A stretch of 64,000 bases of DNA from Candidatus Hydrogenedentota bacterium (lineage in GTDB: Bacteria; Hydrogenedentota; Hydrogenedentia; Hydrogenedentales; SLHB01). The notes beneath the pieces are model-generated. The model ran no database searches, was not told where the DNA came from, and saw only the letters and a program-made list of their open reading frames with translations. Position 1 is the first letter of the stretch; each line of letters starts with the position of its first letter. Of the stretch, positions 28,707 through 38,859 are shown in pieces. A program made the translations under genes and the position numbers. The stretch lies in the NCBI GenBank assembly GCA_045863295.1, contig BTWA01000003.1, forward strand, positions 115,158-179,157, read 5' to 3'.

Positions 28707-30368
28707 TCATTCGCCGGACACGATGAGATCGAATTTCATCCGGTTGTACTGCCGCCGGTAAAACGTGTTTGTCACCAGACCCAGCAAAGTAAGGCCTGTA
28801 ATGCAACCTGCGGACACCCACGCATTTGGAACGGCAACGGCGCCGACGGCCAACGCAAATGCCATAACCGTGGACAGCACCAGGGCAAAGGTGTGTAACC
28901 GGAATCGCTGAGTATCATTCGTGCCGGACGATACACAGAAAATAAACACAATCGGTTGTGCTGCCGCCGCGACGAGCTGGATTTTGACCGGCATCCACGC
29001 CGCACCGTCCGGCACTTTGGCTGAATAGAGTGAGAGAATGAATCCGGTTGCGGCGGCCACAGGCAGTGCCAACAGACACCGGTATAGATTGTATTTCATG
29101 AACACGGATCGAAACTGGTCATAGCCAATCGGAAGGTGCGCATAGGCCGGCACCTTTACCCCGAAATTCTGTATCGCATTTGTTCCTGGCCAGCTTCCAC
29201 CCAGCCAAGGCAGTAATGAAAACCCGCCGGCCACAAACAACATGGAACCAACCCAGATAAGCCAGTTGATATTGGAAAGAACCAATGGGAAACCCGCGGC
29301 AATACATACGACACCCACGGTGAGTTTTCTCGATATTTCCGGCTTGCCGCACAACATGAACTCCACCACGACCCTTTCTTCCTCGGTCATCCATCGGCCC
29401 ACAACGCGGTCGAGAAAGGGGAGATCGTGCCAATTCATGGATACGCTGAGCGTGTTTTCCCGGATTTCGTCTTCTAATCCGTTCCGTATTTCATCCGGTT
29501 GATACGGATAATCCAAGACTTCGTCTTGTTCTTCGTTAATGTCTTCTCCCGCGAAGAAGTCCCAAACCGGTGACACGTACGTTGCTTGCATTCTTCTCCA
29601 CATTTGCACCGCAGCGGCTAGCAACAGAGCAATGGGTAGGGCAAAGTACATGCCTGTTGCATCGCCTTCGATAAGACTCTTCTGAATCAGGGTGTCGACC
29701 CAACCGTTGGGCAGAATGCGCGAGGTCCAGGGGTATGCCCGTTCAAGGTAGTGGTTTAGATCGGATGCGAGCGTGCCGCGGGCTACGATGAGCGATATGC
29801 CCAGGGCAACTACCGAAAGTGACACATAGAAAGCAACGCGAAGCAATTGAAGAAACACCAGCGCAATGGAAAGTGCGGTGACAATCGCTGCATGCAGCGC
29901 GAGGATAAATGGAAAAGCGAGCCAATACGTGTCGGGCGCGCTGGTGGAAACCCCAAATGCGATGAGCGGCGCCGCGACAAAAGCGAACATCAGTGTAGCC
30001 TGCCGAATGCCTACTTTCATTTGGCGTTTATACACTTCTCTGTCTGGGATGGGCAGGAGACTTAGGGCCGCAAGATCGTAAGACTGGTAGATCTGGTTCC
30101 AAAACAAACCGCCTTGGATCCATGCAATCAAAATGCCGTACAGCGCCAGCGCGGTTGACGCAGGCAATCCTGCTTCGATGCGAGTGGCAAAGATGCTGTA
30201 AATAACCATGAATACGCAGCAGAGAAAGAAGGCGATCGACGCCAAAATCTTCGCCTTTTCCGAGCGGCCGGAATTCATACGGGCGCGTTCCGCGCGCAGT
30301 CCGGGATCGGCATTGACGCGTTCGCGCACGAGGCGGCGCAGGGCCCGCTCGATCGATCGTTCTGTCAC
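28707..30368 (-). CDS. Polytopic membrane protein (553 aa), putative permease partner of the upstream ABC ATPase
   Basis: At least 10 predicted TM segments. Its ATG overlaps the ATPase stop (ATGA at 30365-30368). No family assignment. Confidence 0.55.
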   Translation of the reverse strand: MTERSIERALRRLVRERVNADPGLRAERARMNSGRSEKAKILASIAFFLCCVFMVIYSIFATRIEAGLPASTALALYGILIAWIQGGLFWNQIYQSYDLAALSLLPIPDREVYKRQMKVGIRQATLMFAFVAAPLIAFGVSTSAPDTYWLAFPFILALHAAIVTALSIALVFLQLLRVAFYVSLSVVALGISLIVARGTLASDLNHYLERAYPWTSRILPNGWVDTLIQKSLIEGDATGMYFALPIALLLAAAVQMWRRMQATYVSPVWDFFAGEDINEEQDEVLDYPYQPDEIRNGLEDEIRENTLSVSMNWHDLPFLDRVVGRWMTEEERVVVEFMLCGKPEISRKLTVGVVCIAAGFPLVLSNINWLIWVGSMLFVAGGFSLLPWLGGSWPGTNAIQNFGVKVPAYAHLPIGYDQFRSVFMKYNLYRCLLALPVAAATGFILSLYSAKVPDGAAWMPVKIQLVAAAAQPIVFIFCVSSGTNDTQRFRLHTFALVLSTVMAFALAVGAVAVPNAWVSAGCITGLTLLGLVTNTFYRRQYNRMKFDLIVSGE

Positions 30369-31102
30369 GGCGGGTCTTCCTCGCTCAATTGTTGAAAGAT
30401 ATCCGCGAGCGATCCGGTTCCGCCTGTTTCACGATCTCGAAGCCGATCGATGGAATCGAAGGCGTAAACCTGTCCTTTGTGCAATACACAAATACGGTCG
30501 GAGAAGGTCTCCACGATTTCCAGTATCTGTGTGGTGTAGAGAATTGTGCTGCCACGATTGGCGGCCGCCTGCGCGTGCCGACGGAAGGCCGCGATTCCCG
30601 CTGGATCCATGCCCGAGGCGAAAGGCTCGTCGAGTAGCCACAGTTCAGGATCGACGGCAAGCAACGCCACGAGAGCCGCCTTGTAGCGTTGGCCGCGGGA
30701 CAGTTTGTTGAATGGCACTTCGGCCAGGGGAAGCAGGTCGAATTCGGCCAGCAAGTCGGCCACCCGGCTACCCGAGCCTGCATCATCACGCCGGTACAGC
30801 CGAAGGGTAAGGGCGATTTGGCGAAGTATGGGCCACTCTTCGATGACGACGGGGAAATCGGGAAGCACATTCAGCCGCCGCCGGAGATCCATGCGGTCAC
30901 GCGTGAACAAGTCCCCATCCAGCATCACTTGTCCGCGGTCGGGGGCGAGTATGCCGGAGAGGCAACGCAAGAGCGTGGTCTTACCCGCCCCGTTGTTGCC
31001 GAGAACGGCTACGATCTGGCCGGGAGCGATTTCCAGGTTGACGTTGTCGAGCGCATAGATCTTTCTAAATCGCTTGGTAACGCCGAGGAACTCGATCTTC
31101 AT
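30365..31102 (-). CDS. ABC transporter ATP-binding protein
   Basis: Walker A GNNGAGKTTLL, signature LSRGQRYKAAL, Walker B LWLLDEP. Confidence 0.8.
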   Translation of the reverse strand: MKIEFLGVTKRFRKIYALDNVNLEIAPGQIVAVLGNNGAGKTTLLRCLSGILAPDRGQVMLDGDLFTRDRMDLRRRLNVLPDFPVVIEEWPILRQIALTLRLYRRDDAGSGSRVADLLAEFDLLPLAEVPFNKLSRGQRYKAALVALLAVDPELWLLDEPFASGMDPAGIAAFRRHAQAAANRGSTILYTTQILEIVETFSDRICVLHKGQVYAFDSIDRLRDRETGGTGSLADIFQQLSEEDPP

Positions 31103-31135
31103 GCGCGCAGTCCGCTCCCTGGATGAGCGCTTTTA

Positions 31136-32866
31136 TCATGCCTTGTCACGGGGGCTTTTGCCGGCATCGGTTTTGGACTCTGCCTTGCCGTCTCCGTCGG
31201 ACTTCACATCGTCGTTAACAGGCTTCATCTTCACGAGATAATCCGGCATTTCCACGCCGGCGATGTCGCGCATGACGTCGAGCATAGGCGGCAGGCTGCG
31301 CGCGAAGTTCTGCAGGAAGTTGGAGGTAGCACTGTGTCCGTTCTGGCTGCCGCCTTCCCAAACCACGACCTTGTCAAACTTGATGTTGGAGATGGCTTTC
31401 GCGGAGGCTTGCGCCAGCCCGTCGAGGTGTTCGAGCATCAGCATCTGGAATGCCTCGTTCGATCCGCCGCATGCGTCGATGATCTTTCGCAAACCTTCGC
31501 CCTTTTTGGCCAGCTTTTCGTATTCGCCCTTGGCTTCGGCTTCCAATTTGGCAAAAATGGCGCGGGCTTCGCCTTCTGCTTCAATGCGGCGCTTCTCGGC
31601 TTCGGCTTCCGCATTTACGATGGTTTGCGCTTTTTCAGCCTTGGCCGGCGCTTCCAATTCAGCGCGGCGCTCGGCTTCGATACGCTCGGCTTCGGCAAGC
31701 GCGGCCTTGGCCATGGCGCGGTTTTGCGCTTCGAGCACGGCGGCTTCCGCCTCGCGCTTTTTCGATTCGCCGGTTTGATAGGCCTCGGCCTGTTTCACTT
31801 GGAGTTCGGCATTGGACGCCGCGACGAGAGCGCGGGATTTGTTTTCGCCTTCGATGGCGGCCGCGTCGGCTTGCGCGATGGCGATACGTTTCTCGCGGTC
31901 GGCCGATTTTTCGCCGGTGACCGCCGTGGCGTCGGCTTCCGCGACCGAGATACGCATTTGCCGCTCGGCATCTTTTTCGCCTTTGACCGCATGGGCATTG
32001 GCCTCGGCGACGGAAATACGCATGGCGCGTTCGGCTTCTTTTACCTGTGTCTCGCGTTCGTAGGCCGCGCGTTGTTCGCCGATGGCCTGTTCTTTCTGCA
32101 ATTCGGCGATGCGAACGGCTTGTTCCCGTTGCGCTTCCCGTATACCGACTTCTTTCAACTTGGTCGCATCGGCCACTTTGACATATTTCTCGCGTTCCGC
32201 ATCGGCCACGCGCACTTCGCCGAGTTTCTCCTGTTCGGCGACGTCGCCGCGGGCCTGTTGCACAGCCTGGGAAGCGGCCTTTTGCCCGATCGCTTCGATG
32301 TATCCAGCGGTATCGGTGATATCGGTGATGTTGACGTTAATCAGCACAAGGCCAATTTTCCGCAATTCCGGTTCCATGGACTCCTGAATACTGTGCAGGA
32401 ACTTCTCGCGGTCGCGGTTGATTTCCTGAATGCTCATGGATGCAATTACCTGGCGCAATTGGCCGAGAATGATGTCTTCCGCCTGCTTCTTGACTTCCAT
32501 GCCGTTCAGACCCAACAAACGGATCGCCGCGTTTTGCATGGCTTCTGGTTCCGTGCCAATCGCGACGGTAAACACACTGGGCACATTGACGCGGATATTT
32601 TCGATCGATAGGGCATCTTTCAGCGGTACTTCAATCTGAATGGGTTCGAGACTGAGCCAACCATAGTCTTGTATGAGCGGGATTATGAACGCCGCGCCGC
32701 CGTGCACGCAACGGGCCGCCTGGCCGGTGCGTACCTGGCCATAAATGACCAGCACCTGGTTGCTGGGGCAACGTTTGTAACGGGTGGCGAGCATGAGCAC
32801 AAAGCCCACAAACAGCACCACAAGTGCAAGCACAATGGCGGCGACCCAAATGTTGTCGAACGGCAT
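31136..32866 (-). CDS. Flotillin family (SPFH/band-7) protein with internal 24-aa tandem repeats
   Basis: N-terminal TM, then SPFH domain, then a long Ala/Glu-rich coiled coil with MRISVAEA.A.AV.GEK repeats. Confidence 0.8.
   Translation of the reverse strand: MPFDNIWVAAIVLALVVLFVGFVLMLATRYKRCPSNQVLVIYGQVRTGQAARCVHGGAAFIIPLIQDYGWLSLEPIQIEVPLKDALSIENIRVNVPSVFTVAIGTEPEAMQNAAIRLLGLNGMEVKKQAEDIILGQLRQVIASMSIQEINRDREKFLHSIQESMEPELRKIGLVLINVNITDITDTAGYIEAIGQKAASQAVQQARGDVAEQEKLGEVRVADAEREKYVKVADATKLKEVGIREAQREQAVRIAELQKEQAIGEQRAAYERETQVKEAERAMRISVAEANAHAVKGEKDAERQMRISVAEADATAVTGEKSADREKRIAIAQADAAAIEGENKSRALVAASNAELQVKQAEAYQTGESKKREAEAAVLEAQNRAMAKAALAEAERIEAERRAELEAPAKAEKAQTIVNAEAEAEKRRIEAEGEARAIFAKLEAEAKGEYEKLAKKGEGLRKIIDACGGSNEAFQMLMLEHLDGLAQASAKAISNIKFDKVVVWEGGSQNGHSATSNFLQNFARSLPPMLDVMRDIAGVEMPDYLVKMKPVNDDVKSDGDGKAESKTDAGKSPRDKA
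31849..32059. repeat. Coding tandem repeat (about 3 x 72 nt) inside the flotillin gene
   Basis: Visible as a 24-aa periodicity in both the real frame and the antisense-strand frames. Confidence 0.5.
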
Positions 32867-32915
32867 GACAGGCTACCTCTGGTTGATTGGTGATCGGACT
32901 GCGATTGCCCTGCAA

Positions 32916-33479
32916 TTAAAGGTACGCCAGATCCCGGTCATTCGAGGACTCGACCAGGAGCGTATCGGGCCCCGCGACCCCCACGATCTCCACCATTGAG
33001 CCGGTGGGCAAATCGGTTTCCCCTTCCGTTACTGCGGTGTATTCGAGCGTGCGGTCTTGCACGGTGACCGTCACTTTACCTTTGCCTTTTTGAGATCCGG
33101 GCACGCTGAGGTATACCACCGCAGTACGGCCGATGGCGTTCTCAATGCGGGCGGTGCCTTCGGACTGCAGCGACATCAGCAGGCGCATGATCCACGCGAC
33201 CAGTACCATGGCGAATGCGCCGCCGGTGAGCCCGGTCAAGATGGAAAAGCCGGTGCCCAAACCGGTTTCCGAGGCCGCAAGCCCTCCCAGTCCGAAGAAT
33301 GTAACGGCCGCGACAAGGGCTTTGAAGCTAAGTACGCCAAAAAACCAAGATGAATCGTGGCTGAGATCGTGGCCATCGCCAATATCGTGGTCGCCGCCCA
33401 AACCGGCCACCATGAGAAGGAGTTGCACGACCAGTATCGCACCGCCGCCCAGACCGCAAATCAAGAACAACGTCGTCAT
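32916..33479 (-). CDS. NfeD family membrane protein (flotillin-associated, YqiJ/YuaF-like)
   Basis: N-terminal multi-TM region and C-terminal OB-fold beta domain. Immediately upstream of the flotillin gene in the canonical order. Confidence 0.7.
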   Translation of the reverse strand: MTTLFLICGLGGGAILVVQLLLMVAGLGGDHDIGDGHDLSHDSSWFFGVLSFKALVAAVTFFGLGGLAASETGLGTGFSILTGLTGGAFAMVLVAWIMRLLMSLQSEGTARIENAIGRTAVVYLSVPGSQKGKGKVTVTVQDRTLEYTAVTEGETDLPTGSMVEIVGVAGPDTLLVESSNDRDLAYL

Positions 33480-33648
33480 TGCGTTAACCCCCCAAGTCCG
33501 CAGGTTACGCCATCAAGCATAACAATAGGACAGGAAATCCGCGAATTCAAGGGTTCCCGGCACACACTATCGTCCATCATCTCACGGGTTTATGCGCACC
33601 GGCGAGCATCGATACGCCGCACCCGTCGAATCCCATTCGACTGCAACC

Positions 33649-35385
33649 CTAACGTCCCCAACGCTGTATCAAGGGGTGTCGAATCTCGGTGCTCGCGTTA
33701 TCGATGGCTTGGTAGCGCTTCTTTCCTTTGTCGAGGTAGAACGGAATAAAGGCCATCTTTTCAAGGTAGGTGGACCCCGGCTCCACCTGGATAAGGGGAC
33801 CTCGCTGATAGTCGCTAAACGGATAGACAAGGCCGCGGGTGAAGTAGGTGAGGGGGATTTGCCAGAAGTGATGGTAGTACAAATAGAATGCGCGGCGGTG
33901 AAGGGTCGCCTCGCCCCGCTCCACACTGAACGCTTGCGACGATTCGATGGCCGTGCCTACACCGTATCCCTTGGCTTCGTTCGTTAGTGCCAGCCATGGC
34001 ACGTCGTGCTCCACGCGGGTTGCCCATTCATCCTGCCAGTTCGGGCCGTGCATGGTGCGATTGATACGAAGTTTGCCGGTGCGTTCACGCCAGACGAAGT
34101 GGTCCACCAGGTGCGAGTCCAGCACAATTTCACCGTTGCGTATGGCGGAGGCATTCAGCCAGTCCCGTACTTCCAGCACGGTGGTTGTATCAACATACGG
34201 AACGCCCGCATAAAACGTATAGGTGACCGAGGCATACACCTGGGGGGTCCATTCGGGCATGCGCCCGCGATTGGTTACGCGGAACATGAGCGGGCCGCGC
34301 GTGCTGACGGTGGTCTGTTCGGGCGGATCCCAGGCGAATGTGTGCCCCCACTTCCCGTTGTCGGAGAAGGAATCCGGATTCCAATGGACCGCGGCACTCA
34401 TCGAGTTGGTAAGCAGCGGCGCATCCACCTCGTCGCGGCCTTTCAATTGAAACGACGCGATTTGCCCTGACTTGTCGTCGAGATCGACAATGAAGTATTC
34501 GTTCTCCACGACGGCGCCCAGCGATTCTCCCGTCACTTTCATATCGGCCTCGGCCGGCTTCAGGGTCTCTGCGTCTGGATTGTCATAGAGAAACACGTAG
34601 GTCTCTGATTCTTTCGCGTCCACTTTCGCGAAAAAAACCGTATCAACCGACTTGGATGGATGCTTCAAGTAGTCCGTATTGGCGGTACCGGTGGGGGTGC
34701 CTTCAAATTCCTTTGGATTGAACACTTGAAACGGGACGGGAATCAACGCGCCGCTTTCCTTGTCCACACGCACAATGCGAAGCTCCCTGGCAAGATCCGC
34801 ACAATCTTCCGCGCGCACGGCAATAGTACATTCGACCGGCTCATTTTCGCGTGCCAGCCCGGCCTCTTCATGCAATACGACAGATTGATACCGTTTCCAG
34901 CCGGTTGTGACGCCGCCCGTTTCCGGTGCGCGCGCCGCAAACGTCTTCAATACGGTCTGCGATCCGGCTTCATTGGTGTAAGTGATTTGAACGTGGATCT
35001 GTACTTCCTCACCGCTGTGCCAGGCCGAGCGCGTAACCAGGACGACATTTTTTGCTGTGGCGCTATCACGCGTTATCCAACCGGATTGGACGTGAGAGAA
35101 GCCGTCTCTAAAGAGGTAAAATGAATCTGACGCAGTACGGTTTACATGTACGGAGGCAACCGTTGCCGAAGTCCCCTCCGTCCAGTCGCCCAACGGAACG
35201 ACGATTTCGTAGTACGGATACTCCGAGGTTGGCGCGACAAACGTAATCTCATCAACATCTTTTGGGTCGTATGGCGTGTTGTACAGCACATTGCCATCGC
35301 CCACATCGCGGCCCACTTCGACGGAGGCCGGCTTCGCCCACGCGACTGCCGAAATCAGCAACATACTCAGGATTATGCGATGCAT
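33649..35385 (-). CDS. Large secreted protein of unknown function, paralog A
   Basis: Signal peptide MHRIILSMLLISAVAWA. Shares LHE.AGL.RE.EPV, VHWNPD, PW.AL.N..KG.G and LVYPF blocks with the adjacent 35440-37635 protein. Confidence 0.55.
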   Translation of the reverse strand: MHRIILSMLLISAVAWAKPASVEVGRDVGDGNVLYNTPYDPKDVDEITFVAPTSEYPYYEIVVPLGDWTEGTSATVASVHVNRTASDSFYLFRDGFSHVQSGWITRDSATAKNVVLVTRSAWHSGEEVQIHVQITYTNEAGSQTVLKTFAARAPETGGVTTGWKRYQSVVLHEEAGLARENEPVECTIAVRAEDCADLARELRIVRVDKESGALIPVPFQVFNPKEFEGTPTGTANTDYLKHPSKSVDTVFFAKVDAKESETYVFLYDNPDAETLKPAEADMKVTGESLGAVVENEYFIVDLDDKSGQIASFQLKGRDEVDAPLLTNSMSAAVHWNPDSFSDNGKWGHTFAWDPPEQTTVSTRGPLMFRVTNRGRMPEWTPQVYASVTYTFYAGVPYVDTTTVLEVRDWLNASAIRNGEIVLDSHLVDHFVWRERTGKLRINRTMHGPNWQDEWATRVEHDVPWLALTNEAKGYGVGTAIESSQAFSVERGEATLHRRAFYLYYHHFWQIPLTYFTRGLVYPFSDYQRGPLIQVEPGSTYLEKMAFIPFYLDKGKKRYQAIDNASTEIRHPLIQRWGR

Positions 35386-35439
35386 ACATAAACCTCTCAT
35401 AGGGTTGACAGTCATTGTACGGCCACAGCTTCGCGACGA

Positions 35440-37635
35440 TTACTCTTTGTGTTCACTGCCATCTGTTCGGACGCCCACGCCTTCGTCGAACGGCATTGTG
35501 AGAATGGGCATAACCCAAACCGCGGGTGTGCGAGCATCAGTTCCCATCCACTCCGTAATGTCCAGTGGATTGTTCAGCTTGGTGCATAGCACTTTGATAT
35601 CCGCAAAGGGATCATCGCCATTGGCGAAACGGAATGGTACCCATGCCATTCTTTCATAATAAAAGCTGCCCTTACGCACTGGCATCATGCGTGTAAAGTT
35701 CATCCCGCCAAACGGATAAACGAGTGGGCGTGACCAATAGATCCAAGGTCCATTCTGGACGTAGTAGTAGGGTTGAGTGAGGCTGGGTTCCTTGGCATAC
35801 CTATTGCCGCATTCGAAAGCGAGTGAGATTTGCGCAAATCCGACGCCTTTCTCCCGGTTAATCAGTGCCATCCAAGGCGTGTCGGCCGGAATCTCGAGCG
35901 CGTGAATCGGGTGCTTCCGGGACGTCTCAACATCCAGGGTGCCGACATGGCCAAGCGGATCTTGCCAAACAAATTCATTTAACACGGCGTGGTTGAATAC
36001 AAGTTCGCCATTGCGCACCGCCTGAACAAACTGTTCCGCTTGCACTTCCATCAAAGAAGTCATGACAGTGTAAGGCTGTTGAGCATAGAATTCATAGGAA
36101 ACGGCCGCGTGAACATTGTCAATGAATGGCATGGCCGCGTGACGTTCGGTGCGATGCATAATTGGGCCGGTCTTCTGGTCCATTGCGGGCTTTTCCCAAT
36201 CGCTTATGTGGACCCAGGGCTTGGGCGGCGGGTAAAAATCCGGATTCCAGTGTACGGCACCGTTGGTTTCCAGTTTGTGCTCCAATAACACCGGATCCCC
36301 GTTACCCAAAACCGTTACCTGCTCGACAGAGCCGCTGTTCACCGAGAGAAAATACCGGAACCACTTGTTTTCCACCGTCTGGCTCAGACCCTCGCCGCCG
36401 GTGATTTTCAGATCGCTATCATATGCCGGCGCTTCGGCCTTGGGATTTCCATACACGACGTAGTAGATCCGCTCTTCATACGGAAGCACATCCGCCAGAA
36501 ACACTAACTCAACCGTGGTCGTTGCATCGTACCGGTGCAGCCGCTCCTTGGTCTCCGGGTCAATTTCGACAATGGCCAGTACTTTCTCGTCTCGCCAGGT
36601 CTCTACGTTCTTCACCTGCACTGGCGCCATCACGTAGCCGTCGGAGCCAGCCTTTGGATTGGTGGGATCGTAGGTGACTATGCGAATTTCCTTTGCCGGA
36701 TCGGTGATGTCATCGGCAAATAGTCCCAGCGCAAGGTGGACCGGCTCGCCCTCGCGCCGGAGCCCGGCGGTCTCATGCAGCTTAATGGACACAAAATGCG
36801 GCCAGTCGGCATTCCAATAGCCGCCGCTGGCCGGCGCCGTGCCCTCAGCCTCGTACGTCGACTCCGCACCCGACTTGTCTTTCCAAGTGACTTTAACTGC
36901 GTGCTTCGACCCGTTGGTCCAGGTCACCGGGGCCACCACACGAAAATTGCGGTTGCCCCCGATGTGGCCGGTATAGCTTTCTCCTTCGGGAATCTCGGAT
37001 GCGGCCTTTTTCTCCGGGTGCTCCATACCTTCATTAAAGTAGCGCGCATCGCGGTTCCACACGCCGTCCACCTCCACGCGCGTGACCTCGCCGGGCTGTA
37101 CAATTTCCTTGGGCACGTTGAATGTAACATGATGATACGGGAATTCCGGCGAGGGTCCGCCGAATCCTACCGAAGTGGCTCCGTAGGACTCGGGCGCGGC
37201 TGCATTTACCGCGAAGTGCACGGGCGTGCCCTTCTCGCTTGTGCCGTCCACAGCGACTTCGTACGGTTTGCCCGGTTGCCATTGGCTGTAGGCATAGATG
37301 GCGAACGGCTCGGTGCCATGCACGACGCGATGCTTATTCATGATTCCCAGGTTCAGGACAATGAAGCGCTCGGCGGGACTGCCGTTGATGGTGACTTTGT
37401 CCACCTTGAAGGGATCGGTTTTGGGCATGGCGAACTCAGCAACCAGATCGTACGGCATGCGGTCCAGTTGGTTGACGCCTTGAAACTGCAGCGAGTCGGG
37501 TTTGGCGGGTGCGCCGTCTTCCCCGTATCCCGACGGCCGGGGATGCAATACCGGATTAGCCGCGACGGCGGCGGCGCACAGGCAGAAAAACATCGTTGCA
37601 ATGAGCGCATCTCTTAGAATACGCACCTTCCGCAT
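35440..37635 (-). CDS. Large secreted protein of unknown function, paralog B
   Basis: Signal peptide. Conserved C-terminal about 350 aa shared with paralog A. Unique N-terminal about 250 aa. Confidence 0.55.
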   Translation of the reverse strand: MRKVRILRDALIATMFFCLCAAAVAANPVLHPRPSGYGEDGAPAKPDSLQFQGVNQLDRMPYDLVAEFAMPKTDPFKVDKVTINGSPAERFIVLNLGIMNKHRVVHGTEPFAIYAYSQWQPGKPYEVAVDGTSEKGTPVHFAVNAAAPESYGATSVGFGGPSPEFPYHHVTFNVPKEIVQPGEVTRVEVDGVWNRDARYFNEGMEHPEKKAASEIPEGESYTGHIGGNRNFRVVAPVTWTNGSKHAVKVTWKDKSGAESTYEAEGTAPASGGYWNADWPHFVSIKLHETAGLRREGEPVHLALGLFADDITDPAKEIRIVTYDPTNPKAGSDGYVMAPVQVKNVETWRDEKVLAIVEIDPETKERLHRYDATTTVELVFLADVLPYEERIYYVVYGNPKAEAPAYDSDLKITGGEGLSQTVENKWFRYFLSVNSGSVEQVTVLGNGDPVLLEHKLETNGAVHWNPDFYPPPKPWVHISDWEKPAMDQKTGPIMHRTERHAAMPFIDNVHAAVSYEFYAQQPYTVMTSLMEVQAEQFVQAVRNGELVFNHAVLNEFVWQDPLGHVGTLDVETSRKHPIHALEIPADTPWMALINREKGVGFAQISLAFECGNRYAKEPSLTQPYYYVQNGPWIYWSRPLVYPFGGMNFTRMMPVRKGSFYYERMAWVPFRFANGDDPFADIKVLCTKLNNPLDITEWMGTDARTPAVWVMPILTMPFDEGVGVRTDGSEHKE

Positions 37636-37892
37636 GGTGGTTCCTCCCAAGTCGATCGGTCAGTTAAGTGGGTTCGATGCACGCGAACCGCTTCTTGCGC
37701 ACGCATAACCATAGCGCGATGCAAACGCACTGTCAAAGCCCAAACTTGACAGGGGGACCACGGAGAAGCGATACTGTTTTTATTGCGTGGGCGAGTATGG
37801 GCACGCATGCCCGGATAGATTCGATCCGGGTTCTGGTCCGCAGGACCTGCCTTCATTTCATACGGGACCAAACTCCTGCAAGGAGAGTAGTT

Positions 37893-38795
37893 ATGTCTCG
37901 TCCCCTGATTTCAGTGTGTCTCAATACCTATCGGCGGCCGATGGTGTACGATTGTTTGCAGTCTATACAAAGCCAAGTCTTGCCGCCGGAGGTCAGCCTC
38001 GAAATTGTGATTTCCGACAATGATGCGGACGGATCCGGCCGCGAACATGTGGATCGCTTTCGATCGGAAGGCGGGCTGCCCGTTTCGTACGCCGTAGTGC
38101 CGGAGAAAAACATTGCGGTCGCGCGCAATGATGCATTACGGCGCGCGCAAGGAGATTGGATTGCATTCATTGACGACGATGAAACGGCCGATTCAAATTG
38201 GTTGAACACGCTTTACACCTACGCCTTGGAAACCGGCGCGGATGTGGTGCTGGGATCTGTGAAAGCTCATTATCACGCGGGTGCACCCTCCTGGTTTGTT
38301 CGCGCGGATCCTATGTCGAAATGTTGGGGGCCCAAAGGCACCCGGATGTTCACGGGTTCGACCTGCAACGCCTTTGTGCGGCGCGCGGCGTTGGATCGGC
38401 TGGACGGCTATTTCGATCCCACGCTGGGAATTGTCGGAGGCGATGACGCCGATTTGTTCGCACGTCTTGCCCGTACCGGTGCTGTCATCCTGATGTGCCC
38501 GGATGCGAGAGTGTTCGAAGACACCCCCCCTGCCCGCACGACACTGGACTATCAGCGGCGCCGGGCATTGCGCGTGGGTCAGACCTATGCGCGCATCATG
38601 TTAAAAAGTCGCACTCCGGCAGCGGCCGCCTGGTTCTATGCCAATGCTTGGATTCGATGGGTGGTGCTGGCCGTTTCAACGCCCGTCATCCGGCCGTTTC
38701 GCCGCGACGTGGGACTGCGTCTGCAAATAATCTCCTGGCGGAACGCCGGCAAGATTCGTGAATTGCTTGGCCGGGAAATTGTACAGATGTACTGA
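37893..38795 (+). CDS. GT2 family glycosyltransferase
   Basis: ISVCLNTYRRP...VISDNDADGS...IDDDE motifs. AAGGAG SD 7 nt upstream of the ATG at 37893. Confidence 0.75.
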   Translation: MSRPLISVCLNTYRRPMVYDCLQSIQSQVLPPEVSLEIVISDNDADGSGREHVDRFRSEGGLPVSYAVVPEKNIAVARNDALRRAQGDWIAFIDDDETADSNWLNTLYTYALETGADVVLGSVKAHYHAGAPSWFVRADPMSKCWGPKGTRMFTGSTCNAFVRRAALDRLDGYFDPTLGIVGGDDADLFARLARTGAVILMCPDARVFEDTPPARTTLDYQRRRALRVGQTYARIMLKSRTPAAAAWFYANAWIRWVVLAVSTPVIRPFRRDVGLRLQIISWRNAGKIRELLGREIVQMY

Positions 38796-38859
38796 TTCCG
38801 TGGTGGTCCCGTTGATACACTAGGTTTGGCTGCCAATACGTATACCGGGAACCTCCGTC

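Noticed and set aside
31849-32059. Possible CRISPR array or VNTR
   Set aside because: 72-nt units lie inside the flotillin coiled-coil coding region with conserved reading frame. No unique spacers and no cas genes.
31334-32611. 425-aa plus-strand ORF and the 31812-32063 / 32082-32387 ORFs
   Set aside because: Antisense to the flotillin gene. Gly/Phe/Ala-rich low-complexity artefacts of the coding tandem repeats.
36736-37617. 293-aa plus-strand ORF
   Set aside because: Antisense to the secreted paralog B gene, which has a signal peptide and a conserved paralog.
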